Assembly: GCF_018350175.1 (NCBI RefSeq)
Contig: NC_058376.1
Coordinates: forward strand, 157,604,001-157,668,000
Reading direction: 5' to 3'
From: Felis catus
Taxonomy: Eukaryota
DNA: 64,000 bases
Under the pieces are notes generated by a model that made no database searches, was not told the DNA's origin, and worked only from the letters and a program-made list of their open reading frames with translations. How positions within the stretch are numbered: position 1 is the first letter of the stretch; each line of letters begins with the position of its first letter. The translations under genes were made by a program, and so were the position numbers. Positions 49,713-61,149 of this stretch are shown here, piece by piece.

Positions 49713-49909
49713 ATCCCCGAAACTCCTCTGAATGTCTGCCATGGGCTTAAGTCTTCCACGGAGGCTAGTGGTGAAAATCTGTTACACAGGAGCTTTCGCC
49801 TCCGGGGGAGAGCTGCGGCTGGTGAAGGCAGCGAACTTTGTGTCCAGAACGGGTACTTCACAAGGTGTCTGGGTTTAAAAACGATTTGGAAAAGGAAGTG
49901 TTCTGAGAT

Positions 49910-50225
49910 CAGTGTTTTTCAAACATTCTTATAATCAAATACGATTATAATCATCTGAGAGGCTTGAAAAATCCTCAGGGTCCCCCCTCCCCCAAGCAAC
50001 GAAATCGGAATCTCTGGATGTGGGACTCAGGACTATAGTGCGTGAAGCTCTCCAGGGATGCCCGTGGGCAGCCAGTTTAGAACCAGTGCTGTAGACCAGC
50101 GCTTTGCAAACTGTCAAGTGCCCCCGAATCACTGGGGATCTTGTTAAAAAGCAGATTCTGCATCACGAGATCTATCCAGCTCCCACGTGACGCTGCTGGC
50201 CCTGGGACCGCGTTGCATGTATTGG
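49910..50225. mobile_element. Two adjacent MER5-family hAT elements
   Basis: CAGTGTTTTTCAAAC..GAATCTCTGG..TTTAGAACCAGTG; GAATCACTGGGGATCTTGTTAAAAAGCAGATTCTG. Confidence 0.75.
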
Positions 50226-52849
50226 GGACGTTGATGACACGGAGCAGGTACAACAGTAGGAAAAACTAGCCTGGGAGGCAGCACCTAAAGCTGGCATTAA
50301 AGTATGAACTTCAACTTCACGGTTAACTTCTTTTCCACAATGACTATAAAAATGTATGCATTGCAGAAAGGGATGTGAATTCCGTAACAGTTCTAAACCA
50401 TGTAAGGAGAATATTAATTAGCAAAGGCTTTCATGCGTCTAGAAAGTATAGATGTTACTGAAGATGTCATAAAGGAGGGGGGCGGTTTCCATGTCCTGTT
50501 AGGTTTATGACCCAAACAGCCAGTTAAGCATCCAGGTCTCCCGGATCTCAGAACACCCCGGGGCCACCACACCTCTCCGGTGGTGGCTTCGCATCGGCTC
50601 AACTCCTCCAGCAGCTTTCCTGCAGAGTCTCCTTCAAGAGCAACACAAAAATCCCTCCCCTTGAATGAAAAAGAATAACCTTCTCTCTCCCTTGAGAGCA
50701 CCTACCTGAATGCTCCAAACGCAGATGTTCCCAAAGACAGTAGTACTGTTTCTTAGAGGAATTTCAATATGTTAAATATTCCTACTTTCTTAGACCATGA
50801 CGAGACAGACATCTAGGTTTACAAAATAATTATGTTTCTGTGCATTTGCATAGGATGATTAAAGAATTCCAAATGTACCCCAAGGGGTCCAAGCATTCAG
50901 GGAATTCCTGCAGTGCTAAAGTGACCTTTAGTACCTCCTTCCTCCCACCCCCACCTGGCCTCTCATATTGTCTCTGCTTTTCTCCACCAGCAGACGTGGG
51001 GATCACATATCAAAGAGAAAGAATAGTTCAAGAGGAAATCTGTACTGTCCTTATTTTATAAATTGGGTTTAATAATTCATCTAAAAGAGAATTTTTAGCA
51101 ACAAGGTTTGCATATAAAAAGGGAACATGCCTTCCCTAAATAGGTATCTGTTACTCTTGCTGCAATGCTGAGTGGGGAGAAAAAAGGCCAGTCAGGTCCA
51201 AGTGCCTCTTTCAGATTCTCTAAGGACATCGTGGTCTCCGCCCGTTAGGCAAAAGTGATTTGAGAGCAAGCTTTGCAAGGAAAGGAATTTAAACCACACC
51301 CTAAAAGCCTGCTCTTTGTCGCTGCAGAAATCCACCTAGAGGTCATTGCAACAAACACGTATATTCCAAAAAACGGCTGCAGACTGCAGGTCTGTTCATT
51401 TCCTGGTCCTAAAACGCCACCTGCCCAGACCCCCACTATTGCCTCAAATACCAAACCCACGGCGTCTTGTAAGTCAGACGGTGTCGGACTTGAGGGTCTG
51501 CAGGGCTCCACGCGCTCACACAAAGCTGTTCAGAATGTCAAGAAAATCAGTCATTCACACAGCTGTGCTGCTCATGCGTGACAAGCTGACTTAAAATATT
51601 TGTCACTCCAACTTGCTGATGGGGAGGAGGGGGAGTTGGTAGAATGAAAGGGGAAGAAAACGAACAGAAACCTCTAATTGCCCAGGTTTGCTGCCTTGAA
51701 TATTTCTGCAAGTAGCTCTGAGGCAGGCGGCGGCACGGTCCATGTTTTCAGACCTGACAATGGGTAAGTGGCCAGGGAGCCAAGGCCCCGCAAAAGAAGT
51801 GATTAATACCTCCTTTTTCAGTTTATAGACAGCATCTGTCTCCTCACCTTAGAAAAAAATTGTTGGAGAATTAACTTTCCTAATTTCTTTCTCTAAAAGT
51901 CCCTATTTGACCATATCCTCTGCAGAGTCCCATTCAGTCAGGGGAGCATCCGAATAAACCAAATTTTCCAAATGTTTAAAAAATTTGCAACAATGTAGTC
52001 TTTCTCTTGAAGCCCCGCACATTCCAACATTACGTAGGTATTTTTTCTTTAAGTGTGTCATTTGTTTAACAGAGTCTCTTGAACAATGACCCAGAATGAG
52101 GCGGGGTGGGGGAGGGGTGGGGGGCTGGGGGTGGGGGGGAATGGACACATTCATTCTACCTAGAGGTGTGTGGACTGAGTCTACCTTTCTGGAAGGTATG
52201 TGACCCCTTTGAAACCGTGATATTCTTTGACCTGGCAACTCCATTGCTAGCCATGTGTCTAAGGGAATAGTCAAGGTGTGTCAAAGATTACCGCATTCTG
52301 ATGTTCACTATTTATAATAGCAAAACTAAATGTTAAAAAAACAAGGCTAGCAATTAAATTATGGCAAAATCGTATAATGAAATAGTCACTAAAAAGAGGT
52401 GTAGGAGAGTATCTGGCAGGGAAATGTTCATTGACGTATTGTTAAATTTAAAAGAGTGTAAGGCAGAATGTACATTATACTGTGTTAAATTTTTTAATAG
52501 AGCCATTTTAATTTATTATAATACATATGCATAGAAAAATGGAAGGATTTTTCAACAATCTATGGTATAGGGGGCGCTGAGATTTTGTGCTCTCCTACAT
52601 TTTCCTAATAGGAATCAAGAATCAAACGTGTTCAACTATATGTAATGCTACAGTTAGAATAAAAGATGCTACCAGTAGGTTTAAAATGACGGTGACCTTT
52701 ATTAGATAAGGCCTTGCGAGCTCCCACTTTGCCAAGCCACAGTCAGTTACTCGGATGCCTTCTGCGCCTTCGTGAGCGGCCTCTGGGTTTCGGATGAACC
52801 GAAATGGTGTTTGACCTGGAGGGACGTGAAACGGGTCCATGACTCTACG

Positions 52850-53960
52850 ACTCTCCAACAGGAGACCAAGGGCTCCGGCCTTTAAGAAATAAGGGGCGGC
52901 CGGCAAGATGGAGACTCCGAAGCCACGCTGAGCTCAACAGCTCTGCGGCTCAACCTCTCAGTGCCTCGCTTCCCCCTCCGGAGCCCGAGAGGGACACCGG
53001 CACCTCCTTTCCCGGGTGGTCACTGAGGATAACCTGGGTGAAGCCGAGGGAAGGGTGAGAGCGGTGCCGGGGGAACAGAGTACGCGCTCAGCGAACGTCG
53101 GCGGACAACCCCGCCTCGGGTCCGGCCGAAGCGCCCGGAACCCCCCGCGCGCCTCGCGGGCCACGGCGCCCAAACCCCGGCGACGGCTACCGCGCTCGCA
53201 CCCAAACGTCCGCCGGGGGCCCCGTTTCCAGCGGAAACAATGCGCGCGCGCACGCACGCGCCCGCCCCCCGAGCGCGCGCCCCCGCCCCCGCCCCCGCCC
53301 CGCGCGCGTGCGCGCAGCCGCTGCGCGTCCGGCCCCGGCCAACAGCTCCGCGGACCTGCGCCGGCTTCTAAGTATTTCTTGCTGTCACCAGACCCTCGGC
53401 AGCCGGCGGAATGCAAAGGAAAAGTAAATGAACTGTAAAGAAATAACACAGACCTTTCCGCATTCTGCCGCCTAAAACCGCCTCTCGATCCCCGAGCGTT
53501 CTCTCGGGGTCACCGCCGGGCCCGGTAAAAGCCGGGAAAGAAGGCGGGATAAGAGCGTGGTGGGCAGCGAGCCGGATGGGTAGCGACGGGGGAAGGGGAG
53601 ACGAGAGCGCCCCCCGGCAAGTGCCCCCCCCCCAGCCCCGCCGTCCTGCCCCCCCCGCGGGAGGTCCGCTGAGCCAGCCGGTCCCCCGAGGGGCGGTCCC
53701 TGCGCGGCCAAGGTCAGGGCGCGGGCCGGGGCTCGCAGCTGGGGCGACGCACCTGCTCGAGACCTGCCAGAGCAACTGCCTCTAGGGGGCCGACTCCGCT
53801 CCTCTGCCCTCAGCGGCACCTCATGCTCCAACCCCCCTGTCTCTCCCCACCCCGACCCCCACCCCCCGCAGCAGAGGCAGCCCAGGGGCCCGATCCCTCC
53901 CACGTGATTCAGGAGGGCCTTTTTCAAAGAAAACGGAAGCCACCTTTGGGAAGACGTCAA
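52850..53960. promoter_or_regulatory. CpG island with promoter-like motif content
   Basis: ~1.1 kb, very GC/CpG-rich. Contains tandem GC boxes (CCCCGCCCC, 53280-53301), NRF1-like GCGCGTGCGC, YY1-like CAAGATGG, E-box CACGTGA (53901), ETS CGGAAG and CRE-like GACGTCA (53953). Confidence 0.85.
53776..53794 (+). promoter_or_regulatory. Possible CTCF motif
   Basis: CTGCCTCTAGGGGGCCGAC; the core CCTCTAGGGGGC fits CCASYAGRKGGC with one mismatch. Confidence 0.4.
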
Positions 53961-54189
53961 TGGCAAACGGATAATCATTTTGTTTTTATGATGGGAACGG
54001 CAGGCACAGAAATCTCAAATTTTTCATGTGGGCTCAAGAGCTCTTCAGAGTAGAGAGGAAACTAATCTCTGAAGTTTTCTCTTATATATCCTATGGAATG
54101 CGTATTAAAATCCTGAATGCTAAAACTCCATTGGAATTTAGTTACAGCTGAATTTGACCAATTGGACACACTGTGAAGAACCTAAAGTA

Positions 54190-54378
54190 GGGGCGTCTGG
54201 GAGGCTCTGTAGATGACTTGGGACTCCTGATTTTGACTCAGGTCATGATCTCACCATTCACGAGTTGGTGAGGGTGTTGAGCCTGCTTGGGATTCTCTCT
54301 CTGTCCCTGTCTCTCTGCCCCTCCCCTGCTTGTGTGTGTGCTGTAAATACATAAACAAACTTAAAAAAAAAAAAAAAA
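54190..54378 (+). mobile_element. Can-SINE, older/diverged
   Basis: GGGGCGTCTGGGAGGCTC..CTCAGGTCATGATCTC..GAGCCTGCTTGGGATTCTCTCT, A tail. Confidence 0.88.
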
Positions 54379-54934
54379 GATAAGAGTAAAATCACCACGT
54401 AATAGTGTTAAAAGCCCACCATCTTTTGGCTGTTGGTCCTGTGTTTGAAATCAATTATTTTTTACCCCTTTTCTTCTCGGTTTTGTTATCTGTACATTAT
54501 TGTCTTACAGATAGTGTGGTCTCCTTTTGGAGCCAATTTGACCCCACTCTCCTTTTGGCAAAACTTTTATTTGCATTTCCCTTGTGCACCCAACAAGTCT
54601 GTGTATTAACAACATGCTTCATTTTTGGCACAACAGCCTCATTAATTATGTCAGCAGAGAGCTGGCATCAGGACTCTTGGTAATTCCTGTCTCCTCTCTG
54701 CTGGCATTGTTGCTTCTGAACTACCAACCTACCATCAGCGGGCTTCATTCTCCCTTTGCGGTCCCACCCCACTCCCCACTCCTTTGCTCCAGCCCACCCG
54801 CCTCCCAGTTCTACAAAGAACGGAACATGAGGGCTAGGAGAATGAACTCTACTCGTTTTAGTATTCTTTGGCTTAAAAGAGATTTTCTGGGCCTATATCT
54901 CAGGTCCTTCTGGACTCATTGACAAGTTTTTGAT

Positions 54935-55180
54935 GATGATGATGATTTTAACAGTGGTTACCATTTATTGAGTGCTTTCTATGTATCCAGTGCTTTAAAG
55001 AAAAAAAAAAAAGGTAGATTATGTCATTTAATTCCTAAAACAAACGCTAGAGGCAGCTATCATTATTAATACCATTTAACAGAGGAGAAAACTGAGGCTC
55101 AGTGAGTTAAGGTCACAGGGCCAGGACCGGCAGGGCCAGGGTTGGACTTTGACATATCTGCTTTTGCTGTGCCATGAAGC
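54935..55180 (-). mobile_element. MIR SINE
   Basis: CCATTTATTGAGTGCTT..CATTTAACAGAGGAGAAAACTGAGGCTCAG. Confidence 0.85.
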
Positions 55181-57084
55181 AGTCCCCTCTCTCACAACAC
55201 ACAACCACGTTGGCAAAAGGCTAGGGGCTCAAAGGTGTGAAATTTGGAAAATCACTTCAAAAGTTAAATGGCAGGTAATAGGGCCTAAAAAAAAGGTCAG
55301 GAAAGCCGTCTCTGAGAGTGTTGACATGGCTAATGCAGCCCAGGACATACCGTTGTCAAAAACACAAAACACAAAACCCTGGTTATGTTTTATTTTTAGT
55401 TTCTGAAGTTCCCACAGAAGTCTGAGATGGTGGCCAGTAATTTCTCCTTGAAGCCTAACACACCTTACCCAGTGACTAGGTAAGTAGGGCAGGGGTGGTT
55501 GTTTTCACAAATGTTACTCCTAATTGTAGTATTATACCATCATTCGGGCCATCATGTGCCCCTTCCAACTGTATCGGCATCTTGGTGGATGTCCCAGGTA
55601 AAGCTCATCAAGGAATTGCTAGTTCGTTCCCGGAGAGGAACTGCAGTGGCCACCTTATTAAAACTCTGCGGTCGTGAGGAGTTCCTTGAATATGAGGGCT
55701 CAGCCATTACTCAAAAACATTTATAAAGGATCGACTTTATACTAGGCACTAAGCCGAGGCACTGCAGACAAATACATGTGGCCTCCATTCTAATTTTACT
55801 TAAAATTTTACTTAAATAAATCAGAACAGCTGACCAATGGGTGGGTGGTAAGGTTGAGGGACAGTTCATATCGTGTTAGAAAAAGACTACGGCAGGAAGG
55901 AATCCAATGCCTTCCCAAGAGAGAAGACCCTAATGATTGGCTTTGTCATCAGTTACCAAAGACAAAGAGGCCATCTCAAGAATAGACAGGACGGATGCCT
56001 TGTCCCTACCACAGGGTGAGGCAAAGGGCTTATCATAAACTACATTATTTTTTAAAGTTACCAAAACTTGATATGCTCGGTATGAAAAATTCAGAGTCTG
56101 TAGAAATATAAATAACTTGGCATTGACCTCTGCCCTACAATCTCTCTCTCTAGAGATAACTGTTGTGAACAGTTTAGTGTTGAATCAAAGGACCTAGTGC
56201 TTCTTTCTTGAACATGACAGAAAAAAAAAAAAATTCCACAGAACATGGCCCAAAGGAAAACAGACCACAAAATTTAAGGAGTCTCAGCTTGCTGGGTTAT
56301 GAGATCCTTCTTTGGGGCGGCCCACTTACGCCTTGGCCTTGACTTCTGCTATCTGCGTTGGAAGAAAAGCCTAAGACAGTTAATATTTGCTTGTCACATG
56401 GAATCTAGGACTCAGTGGCAGTCGCCAGGCAAGTGACTGTTCCATCCTCTGGATAAGGCGTTAACAGGCTCTACTTAGGGGCCACACGTGTCCGTCTGGT
56501 TGCTGTCACAGTTAAGCCTCAGCCAACACGAACGTCTTTAGGTTAAATTAACTTACCACATCATTAGTATGTAGAGCCTTGGGGAACAGAACAGGCATGT
56601 GTTAAGGAGGAGAAATGGGTTGGTGAATCAGTGCCTGGGCTGGGACATTGCAATAGGGGCTCTGGGCAGCTGACGCTCCGGAGGGAATTTGAAAGGGAAA
56701 GAAGGGGCCATGGCCCGAAGGCTACGTTCAGGGCATATACTTTACACACTTCATGATTTTTGTCTTGGGCAGACAGTAATCGTTATAGTATAAAGTTAGA
56801 CTTGGGCTGATTTTGATTAATTTCTATCAGCACAAACTTGTCCAAGGGCTCTACCTCTTCACATCCTGCTCCAGAACCTTGGCCTTGGAGGAATTTAAAC
56901 AGGCCTTGAAGGCTGAGTAAGGAGTAGCCACGCTGCCGTCAGGCCCCCTAATATCCATCGTCCCGCGCGGGGCCCGTCTGAGAAGACTGCTTGGCCCGGC
57001 CTCCCTCGTCCAGTGTGGCCATGTGACTAGATTCTGCTCCGGGGTGATGAGTGGGAGTGGTGTGGGCAGTTTCTCCGTAGTGTC

Positions 57085-57780
57085 TTCTGTTCTAGGCCGG
57101 CTTCCCCGGAAGTAGATGCTGACAGCAAGAGTCCAGCACAAGCTGTTTACTTGAGAAGGTGATTCTAGGAAGCATAAGGAGGGGGGTAGGGGAAGTGTGT
57201 CGGTCTGGATTTTCTAAGTAGGTGCCAAGTGGAATGACACGTACGAGGATTTTATTAAGGGAAGCACGTATGGGAGGGACAGCGGGGTGGGAGCCAGATG
57301 AGGCCAGAAGGGCTGGCGGACCAGCCGGCAAAGGTGAGTCTGGCCCGAAGTGAAGAAGAGGAGGAAGGCCTTACGCTGCCTGCCAGGCTGAGGAGAGGTA
57401 GCAAAGCCGGCATCAGGGGGCCCCAGTTCCCCTGGGAACGACCTGCGTTGGGGTCCTTGTGACACTCAGTCAGCGACTGGAGCAGTCCGCGGGAAGAAGG
57501 CCTTGCGCGGGCACAGCCGGGGGCTTCGTGGCACGGCGGCCAGCCTTGGTAACTGTGCCCTTCGGGTTGGAGGCGAGTCCTTGGTGCATCCTCCCGCCAC
57601 TGCGGGAAGTGAGGCAGGGAGGGAAGGGACGTTAAGAGTGCACCCGGGGCCGCGGAGGCACCACCTGCTGGCATCCTCTGGGGACCGGGGCAGCCCCCAC
57701 CCGAGGGGCATACAGCTGAGGGGCAACACGCCCCCACCTGTTGAAACTGCTGACGGGTTTGTCTTCGCTACGGGAGCCGC
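57085..57780 (-). mobile_element. Old ERVL-class LTR fragments (LTR16/LTR40-like), CpG-rich
   Basis: TTTACTTGAGAAGGTGATTCTAGGAAGCA; GTAGGTGCCAAG..GATTTTATTAAGGGAA. Confidence 0.5.
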
Positions 57781-58619
57781 GCGAGAGACACCTTGAGAAA
57801 GTGGTTTTGAGGAAGCGTTTCCACTCGCTCCTGCGTGGAATCTTTCCAGGAGGGTTGCTAACAAACTGAACGTGCGACTGACTGGGGTTATGCATCTTCT
57901 TTCTTCGTGCTCCTCACCTCCCGCCCCCTCATTTCTGCTGGAGAATTGGAAAAGCGTGAAATGCCCCCCAGAGTGAAGAACACAGCACAGGGGACTCTGG
58001 GTGATCCACCCCGCCCGCTGTAAGGACACGCTACCCAGTCCCGGATCATAGCCTTTTCTCTCCTTTACAACTCCGCGAGGAAACTTACGGTCGGGAGGAA
58101 AACGACAAAAACAGAAAAACAAACTAGGAAGAAATACACCATAGCAATTACTGGCTGGAAGGTGGTGGAATTACGGATATTTTTCTTTTATTCCATAATT
58201 AAATGCGGTTCTAACTCTTTTACTTAAATGTTTGTAGTAAGGCTATTTTTCTACTTTTCTGTCTGCTTAAATACTTCCATAATAAAAATTATATTTTAAT
58301 TTCAAAGCAATTGTTCCTCTTAGCCTTCCCATTTTTGCAACCTTAATATCCACTGCTTGCTTCCTGGTCTTCCTTTCACTGCCCCGTTCTCCCTGCCATC
58401 AAAAACCAAAAGATACCATTGGTTCCAAATCCTTGGTGGTTCATTAGGGACACAGGTGATCTTGCGTAGATGGCAAGCTTCGGTCGTTCCCGGCTGGGCA
58501 GTTCCCTGAATCTAAGGGGTGATGATGGTGGGGGCTCACCTGAGGGGAAGCTGGCAGGTGAAATTTTGTCTGAGCTTCTATTCGGTCCTCTGAAGAAACG
58601 TCATTTTCTCCAGCAAAAC

Positions 58620-58948
58620 CGACTAGCTAGTCATCCAGTCTGTGTCCTCTTCTCCCCGGGAACAACAGCGGGACCATATTTCCCAGATCCCCTTGCAGTT
58701 CATAAGTATCCATGTGACGGCAGCCCGTGGAACAGGAATGGAAATGACGGCACCGTTTCCAGAACTCAAGGTGTTAGGAGCTTGGGTCCCTAATCGCTGC
58801 TTGGAGGGGAGCTGCCCACACAGCAGGAACACCTATTCTGGACTTCACTTGGTAGAGGCCATTTTATTAAGCCATAGAAATATGGCAATTTTATTAAGCC
58901 ATAGAAATATGTGTTTGTTACAGCAGTGAGCCTACCACAACTAATACA
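58620..58948 (+). mobile_element. MaLR LTR (MLT1H/I/J-like)
   Basis: ATTTCCCAGATCCCCTTGCAGTT..CCATGTGAC; TTAAGCCA..TTTGTTACAGCAG..CTAATACA end. Confidence 0.75.
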
Positions 58949-59269
58949 CTGTTAACGTCTCATATCTGCCAAGTTGGCTCTCGATCCACAGAGTCCAAGG
59001 TGAGTTTGACTGCAGAGAGCAGCGGAGCTCCGCTTTTTTAAAGACTTGCAACCTGGACTCGTTTGCAATCATAATACAATGGAGAGGCAGTGCCCTTGTT
59101 GTTCCCAGTCTCATAACGTCCTCTGGATTGCAGTAACTCTCTCCAGTTGGAGCAGCTTTAGACAAGGAATCCTGGTCATGTGTCCCTAATTGACGACAGT
59201 GTGATGCATGAATCACTCAACCCCTGCGAGCCTCGGAAGATATCCAGTTCATTTGAGAGACAGCCAATC

Positions 59270-59500
59270 ACAACAATACTAATAGCTAACTGTGTGCTGA
59301 GCGAGAGAGGCCGAGCACTTTGAATAGATTAACTCGTTCAATCTACATAGGGGCCAGGGATGCGCATTATAGCCTCACCATTTTGGGAACAGGAGACACC
59401 GAGGCACAGAAAGATTAGAACATCGCCCAACGCCACAGCTAATAAATCAGTTTCAAACACAGGCAACCTAATTCCGGTGCCAGAAACGACATTCTCAGGA
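59270..59500 (-). mobile_element. MIR SINE
   Basis: AATAGCTAAC..CCATTTT..GGAGACACCGAGGCACAGAAAGATTA..GCCCAACGCCACAGCTAATAA. Confidence 0.75.
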
Positions 59501-60292
59501 TTCCAAAATGCTGGTTTTGTACCAGGATGAAATCTTCCTGGGATTGCAGTGCTCCTGATGCTGGCCTTGTGATCGGCCTGTACTTGGTCATTCCAACCAT
59601 CCTACTCTTGACATCCAGACTCCTCCTTTTGATGGCTCCTGCTCTGGAAATGTACAGCCTTGCAAGGGATGACACGATCCCCCTCTTCCTTGATCTACTT
59701 AATCTGATTAGACACAAATTGTAATATGCCTTGATTCAGGGAACTTCCCTTTGCCAAATTAAGTCCCCTGAGATCTCTCACACACAGACCTTGATTTATG
59801 AACACCAGACTCTTTCAGTCCTCTGTGATTTTCTTTATTGAAACCATGCAATGCCAGCTCTCGAGCAAAAGAGAGCTGGTGATAAAATCTTGGTTTCCTA
59901 TGAATTCAGAGAATTCAGGGAACATCAGAGATTATGTGTTTCAAACACAGAGTAAAACACTTTGACTCCACTCACCGGGATGACAATTAGAATATGACAA
60001 CCAGACAAGCCCTGGGCTTTAATAGGACACTTGGTCTAGTACCAAAAATACTGATAAAATGATCTGTTACTATTATTTTCCATAATTCAACATTTCTCTC
60101 ACAAAATGCCTCATCTACTCTGAATTTCTCCAAGTGCCGTACACGGTGCATGAGGATAAAAATATTTGCCAGTTATTAAGCATCCATTGTGTTCCCAGCA
60201 CCATGCCAAGCAGACATCATGTACTTACTGTATCATCCCCATTTTCGAGATAAGGAAACTGACATTCACACAGGTTACCTTACCTGTCCAAG

Positions 60293-60943
60293 GTGTGGTG
60301 GGTAGAATAATGCCCCCTGCAAAGATGTCCATGTCCTAACCCCCAGAGCCTGTGAATGGTTACCCTGCAAGGCAAAAGGCACATGGGAGGCATGATTAAG
60401 TTAAGGACCTTGAGATGGGAAGATTATCTTGGATTATTGCAAGAGTCCTTATGAGGAAAAGAGTTAGGCAGAAGAGTCAGAAAAGGAAGTGCAACAAGGA
60501 AGCAGAGGTCAGGGAGATGTGGGGTCATGAGTCCAGGAGTATATAGACAGCCTCTAGAAGCTGGAAAGGAGGGGCACCTGGGTGGCTCAGTCGGTTGAGC
60601 TTCCGACTTCGGCTCAGGTCATGATCTTGGTTTGTGTGTTCAAGCCCTGTGTCGGGCTCTGTGTTGACAGCTCAGAACCTGGAGCCTGCTTTGGATTCTG
60701 TGTCTCCCTCTCTCTCTGTCCCTTCCCCATTCACACTCTATCTCAAAAATAAGTAAACGTTAAAAAAAAATAGAAGAAGAAGAAGCTAGAAAGGAAAGAA
60801 AATGGATTCTTCCCTAGAGCCTCCAGGAAGAACAAAACCCTGTCAACTGACTTTAGACATATGATCTCCAGAACTATTTGTGTTGCTTTATTCTACTAAC
60901 TTTGTAGTGATTTGTTACGGCAGCAATAGGAAACTGCTAAGCA
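60293..60943 (+). mobile_element. MaLR LTR (MLT1C/D-like) inside a MIR, itself containing a SINE
   Basis: TGTGGTGGGTAGAATAATGCCCCC..AAAGATGTCCATGTCCTAA..TTTGTTACGGCAGCAATAGGAAACT. Confidence 0.9.
60571..60770 (+). mobile_element. Can-SINE (SINEC_Fc2-like)
   Basis: Head GGGGCACCTGGGTGGCTCAG; TSD AGAAGCT(G/A)GAAAGGA. Confidence 0.95.
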
Positions 60944-61149
60944 ATGTCACATGGATGTTGAGTGGTAAAGGCAGGATTCGAACACTGTTCCCTATGATGG
61001 CAGAGACCATGCTCTTTATCTGTAAGTTAAAAGGCCTTGGAACTTAAGTCTATGGTGTTTAAAATCTGGGGTTTATGTTACAGAAAATATTATATTAAGA
61101 AACAGAATATGCGACCCTAAAGATTTTTTTAAACATAAAATAAGAGGGT

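Noticed and set aside
52561-52580. AGGGGGCGCT as a CTCF site
   Set aside because: The upstream CC of the core is missing.
52958-53978. Long ORFs (135-168 aa) over the CpG island
   Set aside because: They are Arg/Pro/Gly/Ala-rich, overlap on both strands and show no domain, as expected from stop-codon scarcity in GC-rich DNA.
59439-59724. Hydrophobic 65-aa and basic 92-aa ORFs as small proteins or a coding exon
   Set aside because: No recognisable family, the alternative frames I checked are closed, there is no convincing splice-site pair, and one end runs into a MIR.
835-60570. Two SINE target sites both ending in GCTGGAAAG
   Set aside because: Only two of about a dozen insertions share it and they lie in unrelated host repeats; chance is sufficient.
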